Positions 57,156-64,000 of a DNA stretch of 64,000 nt are shown piece by piece. The translations under genes and the position numbers were made by a program. Each line of letters begins with the position of its first letter. Positions within the stretch are counted from its first letter, which is position 1. The notes under the pieces are model-generated. The model did no database searches. It worked only from the letters and a program-made list of their open reading frames with translations, and was not told where the DNA came from. The DNA comes from a virus (lineage: Duplodnaviria; Caudoviricetes), in the IMG/VR virus record IMGVR_UViG_2920551333_000002, positions 35,128 through 99,127 of that record, one strand, 5' to 3'.

Positions 57156-57488
57156 TCAGCGGCGAATAGAGCGGATCTCGTCCTGAACAGCTTCAAACGA
57201 ACGTTTGTGTTTCTGGCCAAGGCGCGAGACATGCCGCCCCATGCGGACCCGCCGCCACCACCGGACGGTCTGGAACGTGACAGGTACAGGGACAACGGCA
57301 GTCCACACGGCCAGCAGCACGAACACGATCACGCTGAAGGCTTCGTTGGAAAGCAGGAGCAGGAGTGAGGTAAAGGTCGCTGCCCAGCTCACAGCCGACA
57401 TCGCGGTCAGCCCGAGCAGCCAAACACGAATGGCGCGGCAGATCATGGTTTGGTGGATGATCACGGGAATCCTCGATTGCTTGCTCAT
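57156..57488 (-). CDS. Two-TM membrane protein
   Basis: Two hydrophobic helices and a basic tail; possible exclusion function. Confidence 0.55.
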   Translation of the reverse strand: MSKQSRIPVIIHQTMICRAIRVWLLGLTAMSAVSWAATFTSLLLLLSNEAFSVIVFVLLAVWTAVVPVPVTFQTVRWWRRVRMGRHVSRLGQKHKRSFEAVQDEIRSIRR

Positions 57489-57600
57489 GGAGCGTTGCGC
57501 TCCGGCACGTGGGCGAGGAGTTATCAGCCTCTATGCTTTCTTGATCACTAGTTGATGCGTGATGCCGAGCGGCCCGTCACGATGATGGAGGTCACCGGTG

Positions 57601-58377
57601 CTATCGACGGGTCAGGATGCCGACGCCGGCCACGTTCTCCACGGCGTGGTCGGGGAACAGGTCGTTCTCGACCGGCCGCCACTCCGCGACCGGGACCAGG
57701 CCCGGGTCTAGAACGCTCCACCCGTCGAAGAGAGCCGTGATCTCTTCGAGAGAGCGGATCCTGACCGGGTCCGAGGTCTGCTGGTACAGGGCTTGAGCCG
57801 CCTTGACGTCCTTAGGCGGCACGAACGCGTTGCAGGCGTGGGAGAGGGCGAGGTAGCTGCCAGGCGCCAGGGCATCGCGCAACTGGGCCAAGTAGGCGCC
57901 GGCCTCGTCTTCGGGGACGAAGTGCATCACGGCGACGGCGATCAACCCGACCGGTCGGGACAGGTCGAGGAACCCCGCCGCATGGAGAAGGATCTCGGCA
58001 GGATCTCGGACATCTCCCAGCAAACTGGATATACCCGGCTGGCGCGTCAGCGCCTTGCAATATGACACCACCGTCGGGTCGGCGTCCACGTAGACCACGC
58101 GAGCGTCGGCGTGAACCGTGCGCGCCACGTCGTGCACGTTCGGAGCGAGGGGCAGCCCGGCGCCGATGTCGAGGAACTGGTCGATTCCTGCGTCGGCAAG
58201 CGCCTTGACCGCGCGGAGCATGAAGCCGCGGTTGGCTCGTGCTGCGGCTTTCACCGTGGGACGGTGCGCCAAGAACGTATCGCCGGCTTCTCGATCGATG
58301 AGGTAGTGGTCCGTGCCGCCCAGGAAGTAGTTGTAGATGCGAGCGGAGCTGGGCGCGTCAGGGGGTGACTGAGTCAC
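57601..58377 (-). CDS. Actinobacterial SAM-dependent methyltransferase (Methyltransf_19 type)
   Basis: PSSARIYNYFLGG.DH..DR, GIDQFLDIGAGLP, VVYVD.DP, PGSYLALSH. Confidence 0.92.
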   Translation of the reverse strand: MTQSPPDAPSSARIYNYFLGGTDHYLIDREAGDTFLAHRPTVKAAARANRGFMLRAVKALADAGIDQFLDIGAGLPLAPNVHDVARTVHADARVVYVDADPTVVSYCKALTRQPGISSLLGDVRDPAEILLHAAGFLDLSRPVGLIAVAVMHFVPEDEAGAYLAQLRDALAPGSYLALSHACNAFVPPKDVKAAQALYQQTSDPVRIRSLEEITALFDGWSVLDPGLVPVAEWRPVENDLFPDHAVENVAGVGILTRR

Positions 58378-58421
58378 GGGGGATCCTTCCAGGGGGGTAG
58401 GGGTGAGGCTGTGCGGTAGCT

Positions 58422-59303
58422 CTAGAACGCAGACAGGCGTTCTCGGATCTGCAAGAGAACCTCGGCGGTGTCGTCTGCGGGACAGGCCACGCAGACCACC
58501 TGCTCGAACAGTCGGCCGTGCGTCTCGCTGTCCGGTAACTCAACGATCTCATCGCCGACTGGTCCGTGAATGGCGAGGATTTGGGGTTGCCCGGCACTCC
58601 TGTAGATGGTGAACGGCCGGGTCATGGGCACGAAGCTGCTGCCCATCGGGTTGATCTGGATCGTGACGCTTCTGGTCTCGGTGGCGCGGATCAGGGCGTC
58701 GAGTTGCGACAGGTGCGTTTCCAGGTCGCCTCCGAGCACCCGCCAAAGAGCTGGTTCCTCGATGGCCGCCCACAAGACGGGGGTTCCGTCGTCCTTGGAG
58801 AACAGCGCCTCCTGACGCAACGCCAGGTTCGCGACATGAGCGTCGGTCGACGCAGTCGGCGGCGGCGGGTAGTGGGTGGCTTGGTGAGCTGCCCGCGCGT
58901 ACTCCTGGCTACGCAACAGCTCCGGAACCAAGGCCGGCTGATAGCAGCGGATCAGGTCGGCAGTCTGCTCGTAAGTCCATAGGGTGGTGTCTCGCAACGG
59001 GACGGCCGAGACGTCCCACCAGGCGGGTTCCCTCCTTCCCAGCGCCAGCGACACGAGCACCTTCTGCTGAAGCGGGTCGGTCACACCGTAGAGCGCCAGC
59101 AAATCGAGCAAGTCCTGCCGCCTGATGGGCACGTGCCCGTTCTCCAACCGGCTGATCTTTGACTCTGAGACGCCAAGGGCCTCGGCGGCGGTCAGCATCG
59201 TGAGCTTCCGCTCCCGACGTAGCTGACGGAGTCTCGCGCCCACCAACGCGCGCCCCGAACGCTCTTGGTCCTTGCTCACGGCGTTCTGGTATCCCCCGAC
59301 CAT
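58422..59303 (-). CDS. XRE HTH plus DUF5753 (WhiJ/Scr1-like) regulator
   Basis: GARLRQLR...SESKISRLENG...LL.LYGV; LVPELL.S.EYARA; WA.IEE.AL.R. Confidence 0.88.
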   Translation of the reverse strand: MVGGYQNAVSKDQERSGRALVGARLRQLRRERKLTMLTAAEALGVSESKISRLENGHVPIRRQDLLDLLALYGVTDPLQQKVLVSLALGRREPAWWDVSAVPLRDTTLWTYEQTADLIRCYQPALVPELLRSQEYARAAHQATHYPPPPTASTDAHVANLALRQEALFSKDDGTPVLWAAIEEPALWRVLGGDLETHLSQLDALIRATETRSVTIQINPMGSSFVPMTRPFTIYRSAGQPQILAIHGPVGDEIVELPDSETHGRLFEQVVCVACPADDTAEVLLQIRERLSAF

Positions 59304-59320
59304 CTGAGACAGGAAGCTGC

Positions 59321-59410
59321 CCACGGCTCGATCAACTTGCACGCGACATGATCGCATGCAAGTTGCCACGGATTGATCAACTTGCACGCGACAAGATCGA
59401 GTGCATGCAT
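59321..59410. repeat. 45-bp tandem duplication in a divergent promoter region
   Basis: CCACGG.T.GATCAACTTGCACGCGACA.GATCG..TGCA twice; internal inverted repeat CAACTTGCA...TGCAAGTTG. Confidence 0.8.
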
Positions 59411-59636
59411 GGAGTGGAGAGATTACGCGCAAAGATCCGTATTCGTCTAGTTTTCTGGCTCGCGATGCGCGAGGATCGCAGCTCGGAAAACTTGCACGAA
59501 GCGGGAGACATCCGGCCGAGGGGGCCCGCGAAGCAAGATGTCAGGGTGAGCCGCAGCAGTTGACTGCAGGCGGGTGCGCGACTGTCGGAGCGAGAGAGTA
59601 CGTTTACCGACACGTTCGTCCAGAAAGGGCAGAAGC

Positions 59637-59876
59637 ATGAGACTAGCGATGGCGGCCCTCGCAGCGGCCTTCATCGTCGGCACCGCGGCGTTCACCGCAG
59701 CCGTCGTCCATATAGTCCGCATCGACGAAGCCAGTGCCTCAGGCGTCGCCATCATGGCGGGAGCCTGCGTTGTCGTAGGCGCGACGGTGATGCTGGCCGT
59801 CCGCCGCCGGCCGCATATCGCCGCCCATGCGGACATGTACGAGTCCGCATTGGCGCAGGTCAGCGCTGATCGCTGA
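59637..59876 (+). CDS. Small two-TM membrane protein
   Basis: RBS GAAAGGG; two hydrophobic helices. Confidence 0.6.
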   Translation: MRLAMAALAAAFIVGTAAFTAAVVHIVRIDEASASGVAIMAGACVVVGATVMLAVRRRPHIAAHADMYESALAQVSADR

Positions 59877-59886
59877 TGGCAAAAGA

Positions 59887-59926
59887 CACGCGATGCAGCC
59901 CCGCTTGCTGCGGGCTACATCGCGTG
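59887..59926. terminator. Hairpin between convergent genes
   Basis: CACGCGATG.AGCCC...GGGCT.CATCGCGTG with AAAA on the left (T-tract on the minus strand). Confidence 0.6.
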
Positions 59927-59942
59927 ACTGCGGACACTCGGG

Positions 59943-60443
59943 TTAACGCGGTTCCGGCCACTTGTCGCGGCTCGCGACGAACGTGCCGATCGCGGGCACG
60001 GTGTACGCCCAGCCCTGCTCACGCAGCAGATTGACAGCCGCTCGGACCGTCTTCTTGGCCGCGCCGAACTCCTCGATCATCACCGACTCGGACGGCAGCA
60101 CCTCGTCCGGCTTGTAGGTGCCCTTCCTGATGCCCTCGATGATGGCGTCTGCGATTCGCTCGAACGCCAGCGGCTCGCGGATCTTGGGAGCGTCGGGCGG
60201 GCCGACGTAGGACCCTTCGGCGCGGATGGTGTAGATGAGCCCCGCTTCACGCAGGTCAGCCAGGGCTCTGCGGACGGTCTGCCGCGACGCGTTGTGGGCC
60301 TCGCACATTTCGGCTTCTGTGGGCAGCGACTGGCCGGGCTTGAGCCGGCCGGCGTCGATGTCGGCCTTCACGGCGTTGAAGACCAGTTGGTAGACCGGCA
60401 CGGGCCCGCGGGGGCGTCGCTTGTTCATGGCCAAAGCATACAT
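59943..60443 (-). CDS. GntR-family regulator with two tandem wHTH domains
   Basis: LPTE.E...SRQTVRRAL..L...G...GSYV and LPSE......TVR.A...L..GW...GTFV; no effector domain. Confidence 0.88.
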   Translation of the reverse strand: MYALAMNKRRPRGPVPVYQLVFNAVKADIDAGRLKPGQSLPTEAEMCEAHNASRQTVRRALADLREAGLIYTIRAEGSYVGPPDAPKIREPLAFERIADAIIEGIRKGTYKPDEVLPSESVMIEEFGAAKKTVRAAVNLLREQGWAYTVPAIGTFVASRDKWPEPR

Positions 60444-60596
60444 CTTGGATACCTACACGCACATTTAAGGAGTCAGTTGGTGGGGGTAGGAGAGCGGTGA
60501 TCCCCAGAAGCCAAGAAGCCCCGACGCCAGCGGCATCGGGGCTTCTGCGCGGGTTTGCAGACACACACGCACAGCTAGCTTACGCCGCGCGTCCTG

Positions 60597-61100
60597 TCAG
60601 CGTCGTCGGGTGGGAGAGCGGCGCCGCGGCATGACGACCTCGCCGACCACGGTGAAGTTGGCCCAGAGGCCGCCGTCCTCGTCATCCACCAGCACGAGGG
60701 TGTATCGCAGGCCGTCGAACGGGCACACCAGATCGGTCTCTAGTCCGTCCCTGGCCTCCACCGTGATCCGCCGTTCGCAGCACGGCACGTCGGTCCTGAC
60801 CTCCTCCCCCGCCTCCTCGGTGTACCGCTGCACCAGCCTGCCGGGAATGAGCTGGGCGAGCGTCACGGGGTTGCCCGGCCAGATCGGCGGGATCTGGGCG
60901 GGCTCCGGCTGCGGGGTCCGTGTCGGCTTCTCCGCTACCTGCAATCCGACGTCGTTCACCGCCTCCAGCATCCGTTCGGCCAGCGCCAGCCGGTCGTGCT
61001 CGCTCGCGATCGTGGACAGGCCTGCTCGGGCCATCACGTACGCCGCCTGAAGTCTCGGGCTCAGCATATGCAGCGGCATGCTGCGGCCGTCGCCCATCAC
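60597..61100 (-). CDS. Hypothetical protein
   Basis: GTGA coupling; PCC...CPFDG. Confidence 0.6.
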   Translation of the reverse strand: MMGDGRSMPLHMLSPRLQAAYVMARAGLSTIASEHDRLALAERMLEAVNDVGLQVAEKPTRTPQPEPAQIPPIWPGNPVTLAQLIPGRLVQRYTEEAGEEVRTDVPCCERRITVEARDGLETDLVCPFDGLRYTLVLVDDEDGGLWANFTVVGEVVMPRRRSPTRRR

Positions 61101-61303
61101 ACGGTCCCGTACTTGTCGTCGATCCGGTCCCACGCGGCCGCGCCGACTTCGACCAAGTCCTCGGCGTTCTCGATGAAGTCGAGCGCCCAGTGCATCGGGT
61201 TCGCCTCCTGCCAGCTCTCGCTCCTGCAGGCGGCCGCGGCCAGCTTGACGAGGTCTCGGACCTGGTCGTCGGTGAGGCCCAGGTGGCTGAGGTCTACGGC
61301 CAT
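61097..61303 (-). CDS. Small hypothetical protein
   Basis: TAATG coupling to the upstream gene. Confidence 0.55.
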   Translation of the reverse strand: MAVDLSHLGLTDDQVRDLVKLAAAACRSESWQEANPMHWALDFIENAEDLVEVGAAAWDRIDDKYGTV

Positions 61304-61515
61304 TACTTGTCCCCGTCCTGCGTGCGCTCGGGCGCGGGCTGGTCGGCTGCCAGGTCGGTGACCCAGTTGCCCATGATCAGGACCGCGAGGAGGCCGAGGC
61401 CGAGGATCCACGTGATCAGGCCGCTGTCCCGCATCAGGTAGGCGAAGGTCAGCCACATCGCCAGGATGAGCAGCAGCGTGACCAGGCAGACGACGACGCG
61501 GATGGTGGGCTTCAT
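61303..61515 (-). CDS. Small two-TM membrane protein
   Basis: RBS GAAAGG; two TM helices. Confidence 0.65.
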   Translation of the reverse strand: MKPTIRVVVCLVTLLLILAMWLTFAYLMRDSGLITWILGLGLLAVLIMGNWVTDLAADQPAPERTQDGDK

Positions 61516-61564
61516 GAGGGGTTCCTTTCGGTGGAGGGAAGGCTGGGGAGGCCGACGCGCTGTC

Positions 61565-61900
61565 TCACGCTCGCCTCCGCGTACTGGTGTGGGCCAGGCA
61601 TGAGCCCTTCGAGCAGGTGGGCAGCGGCTCCCGCCCAGCGAGCCTGCGGAGAGCGGGCTGGAACGGCTTGAGATACCAGATGTTCGCCTCCAGCAGCACC
61701 ATCACCGGCCCGCCAGCGGCACCCAGGAACTCGAACGTCATGCCCTCGTGCATGACGTTTCTGCGCTCATCCCTGCAGCCCTGGCACAACTCGATGGGGT
61801 CGCAGGTGGTGATGAGGGACAACCGCTTGAGAATGCGTGGCGCGTGGTAGGCGACGCCGACTGCCCAGATCAGAAGTAGGACGTCCGGCCCGGTGATCAC
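61565..61900 (-). CDS. Hypothetical protein
   Basis: GTG with GAAAGGG RBS; N-terminal hydrophobic segment. Confidence 0.5.
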   Translation of the reverse strand: MITGPDVLLLIWAVGVAYHAPRILKRLSLITTCDPIELCQGCRDERRNVMHEGMTFEFLGAAGGPVMVLLEANIWYLKPFQPALRRLAGREPLPTCSKGSCLAHTSTRRRA

Positions 61901-62052
61901 GACGTGCTGTCCCTTTCGGGCCGGTAGGCGATCTCGTCGCGGACTGGGTCCTTCCAGGCGTCCACGTCGAGCGCGTCGAGCGCTGCGTGCGCCTGCTTCA
62001 TGGCCTCGGTCCAGTGGGCGACCCGCTCGCGCTGCGACTGGCGGGCCATCAC
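61897..62052 (-). CDS. Small hypothetical protein (51 aa, not in the ORF track)
   Basis: GTGA overlaps at both ends; MARQSQRERVAHWTEAMKQ... Confidence 0.5.
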   Translation of the reverse strand: MMARQSQRERVAHWTEAMKQAHAALDALDVDAWKDPVRDEIAYRPERDSTS

Positions 62053-62759
62053 CGGCCGCTGCGGACGGCGTCGTACACGTCGCGGTCGAGTCGGGCGTCG
62101 CCGAGCGCGGTGTGCCTGGTGCCCGGCTCCTGCGTGATGCCGACGATCTCCCAGGCCGGGCTGTCCATGTAGCCGTCCAGCCAGTCCTGAACGTACGGGA
62201 CGGCTTCGGGCTCGAACGCGTCCTCCACCTTGCCGTCGAAGGCGGACAGCCGACCGTCAACGTAGCCGATCAGCAAGGCGCGGATGTCAATCATGCGGTG
62301 GTGGGCAGTGAGAAGCTGCCCGTTGGCCCGGAGGAACTTGTCCAGGAACTTCCGGTCGAACGACGGGTTGTTCGCGACGATCGTGGCGCCGTCCAGCATG
62401 GGCGCGAGCGTGCGGGCGATGCCAGCGGCGGTCGCGTTCTTGTAGTGGTCACCCTCGGCCGGAGGCCCGCCCGTGAAGCTCTTGACCCAGTTGCCGCCTT
62501 CGGGGACCTGGATGTCCGGCGAGAGCCGGCGGGCTCCACCGATCTCCTTGTGCTGGACACGGCACCGGTCGTAGTACCGGCCGGTCTTGAGCGCGGTGGG
62601 GTCGGCGTGCGTGAGGTCCGGCCGGACCTGCCACCAGTATTCGACGTCGGTCCTGACCGGCTCGCGCAGGTCACGCATGATGAGGCCGATCTCCCACAGG
62701 TCGCCGGTGCGGTCGTCGAGGGAGGTCGTTTCGAGGTCCAGAATGGCGAGCTTCTTCAT
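62049..62759 (-). CDS. DEDDh 3'-5' exonuclease
   Basis: LDLETT, WEIG, NPSFD, HTALGDA. Confidence 0.88.
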   Translation of the reverse strand: MKKLAILDLETTSLDDRTGDLWEIGLIMRDLREPVRTDVEYWWQVRPDLTHADPTALKTGRYYDRCRVQHKEIGGARRLSPDIQVPEGGNWVKSFTGGPPAEGDHYKNATAAGIARTLAPMLDGATIVANNPSFDRKFLDKFLRANGQLLTAHHRMIDIRALLIGYVDGRLSAFDGKVEDAFEPEAVPYVQDWLDGYMDSPAWEIVGITQEPGTRHTALGDARLDRDVYDAVRSGR

Positions 62760-62813
62760 CGGTTCCTTCTGTTCGTCTCAGGGGGCGCCTCCTCGCCCGA
62801 GGTGGGCGAGGAG

Positions 62814-62837
62814 GCAGATTGCGTTTCCGCTTTTAGC
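62814..62837. promoter_or_regulatory. Dispersed 24-bp inverted-repeat motif copy
   Basis: GCAGATTGCGTTTCCGCTTTTAGC, overlapping the stop of the ParB-like gene. Confidence 0.65.
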
Positions 62838-63216
62838 GGTAGTGACCAGGTCCTTTGTCGCCTCCGTACATGCGGACGCGATGCTCCTCGTCGGGCGTGA
62901 GGAGGACCGCGGGCAGGGTTTCGACGCCGGCCTTCCGGGCTTTCCAGATGCGGTGCCAGCCGTCGATCACCAGGGTCCCGAGTTCGGGCACGGGCGCGAC
63001 GATCAGGGGCTTGCTGAGATCCACGGTGGCGGCGTGGTCCTCCTTGACGTAGACCAGCCACAGCATGGGGGCGACGTCCGCGACGCGCACGACGTCGGGT
63101 TCACGGCCTTCGACGATGCGCTCGGCTGCGGAGATGTTCCAGCCGAAGAAGCCGAAGCGGAACACCTCGCGCATGCGCGGCCTGCCCTGCTCGGCCGGCT
63201 GGGCGGTCACCTCCAT
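62833..63216 (-). CDS. Stand-alone ParB/Srx-domain protein
   Basis: DLSKPLIV...LVIDGWHRI.KA. Confidence 0.75.
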   Translation of the reverse strand: MEVTAQPAEQGRPRMREVFRFGFFGWNISAAERIVEGREPDVVRVADVAPMLWLVYVKEDHAATVDLSKPLIVAPVPELGTLVIDGWHRIWKARKAGVETLPAVLLTPDEEHRVRMYGGDKGPGHYR

Positions 63217-63413
63217 TTCTCCTCGTCGACGGCGTCGGTGAGGCTGGCGATGAGGGCTAGGGCCTCTCCGAGGGTGATCTCCTTGAGGCTGGCTTCGACG
63301 GTGCGACTGCCGGGCAGGGCGGCGATTTCGATGGCGTTGCTGCCGTCGACGCGGAGGACGGCGACGGGCGAGCCTGCGCAGGTGTACTCGTGCGGGTCGG
63401 GTTCGGCGGCCAC
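63207..63413 (-). CDS. Small hypothetical protein
   Basis: GTG with AGGAAGG RBS. Confidence 0.55.
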   Translation of the reverse strand: MAAEPDPHEYTCAGSPVAVLRVDGSNAIEIAALPGSRTVEASLKEITLGEALALIASLTDAVDEEKWR

Positions 63414-63652
63414 GGCTTCCTTCCTGGGGCTGTGTGGTGTTGGTGCTGGTAGCGATGTGCCACCAGGTGGCGAAGGGAAGTTGATCTTGATGTTCGCGAT
63501 CAACCCCAGAATAACATAGAGGGAACCGTTACATACAAACAGGGAACCAGTGGTTTGGTTCGCAGAACGAACGTCCCGCACGCGTCTGAGACGACAACAC
63601 GAACCAAGACCCGTACGGTAGGAACCAACGCCACACCGCCACAGGAAGCCAC

Positions 63653-63981
63653 ATGCCGCGCAAGCCAGAACCGCCGCAGCGCCCCACACTGTTCGACGAC
63701 CCCACCTCCGAGCAGCAGCAAAAAGCGGGACCGCAATCCACCCGCCGAACCGGACCCCGCAGGATCCGGGCGCCCAAGTGGACCGACCTCGTGCCCACCA
63801 GCGTCTACCTGTACGCCGACATCGACAGACGCCTCACCCAGGCGCTCACCGACGCCGGCATGGGCCCGCAAGAAGCCTTCGAGATCGCTATTAACCGCTA
63901 CTGCGACGCTTTGCAGCCGCCGATCCAGACCGAGTTCCCCGAACCGCTCACCAAGGCCGACCTCGCGCTGCCCCGCGACCC
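63653..63981 (+). CDS. 3'-truncated protein, ribbon-helix-helix/ParG-like
   Basis: MPRKPEPP..., then TSVYLYADIDRRLTQAL...PQEAFEIAINRY (strand-helix-helix); RBS AGGAAG; no stop before the window end. Confidence 0.5.
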
Positions 63982-64000
63982 CTGTCTCTTATACGCAGCT
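63982..64000 (+). other. Probable Tn5 mosaic-end/Nextera adapter remnant
   Basis: CTGTCTCTTATACGCAGCT matches CTGTCTCTTATACACATCT at 17/19 positions, exactly at the sequence end. Confidence 0.8.

Larger units (their letters stand above)
3874..64000. mobile_element. Temperate siphovirus genome (prophage or phage-plasmid); boundaries not resolved
   Basis: Complete ordered packaging, head, tail and lysis modules plus replication, recombination and immunity modules. Confidence 0.93.

Noticed and set aside
4571-63741. CRISPR array or REP elements as an explanation for the 24-bp repeats
   Set aside because: Copies are kilobases apart, partly intragenic, with no spacers or cas operon; the Cas4-like nuclease is in a phage recombination context.
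1-64000. tRNA, rRNA or known structured ncRNA genes
   Set aside because: No cloverleaf or rRNA signatures recognised by eye; the hairpins seen fit terminators. A covariance-model scan was not possible.

Overview
High-GC (actinomycete-like) DNA that is almost entirely one temperate siphovirus genome, with most genes on the minus strand. From right to left: a partition/regulatory end (ParB-like, double GntR, XRE-DUF5753 plus SAM methyltransferase); an immunity region (~56 kb); early recombination and replication genes (PD-(D/E)XK nuclease, Gp3-like protein, RuvC-like resolvase, WhiB, J-domain protein, and a replication initiator containing iterons and DnaA boxes); a collagen-like surface-protein island; a Xer-like tyrosine recombinase with a symmetric dif-like site; Dam; ParB-like/TerS/TerL; a fibre cassette; portal/MuF/capsid/tail genes (with a C5 methyltransferase and an antisense moron inserted); two tandem paralogous tail-tip modules; and lysis genes. 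At the left end, on the plus strand, is a four-gene nucleotide-modification operon: a cytosine-type thymidylate-synthase homologue, NDP kinase, radical SAM protein and DEDDh exonuclease. The most notable signals are this operon, a 24-bp palindromic motif dispersed in about 13 copies across the phage, the duplicated tail-tip module, and evidence of a phage-plasmid lifestyle. The last 19 nt resemble a Tn5/Nextera adapter. All calls come from reading motifs by eye; no database searches were run.
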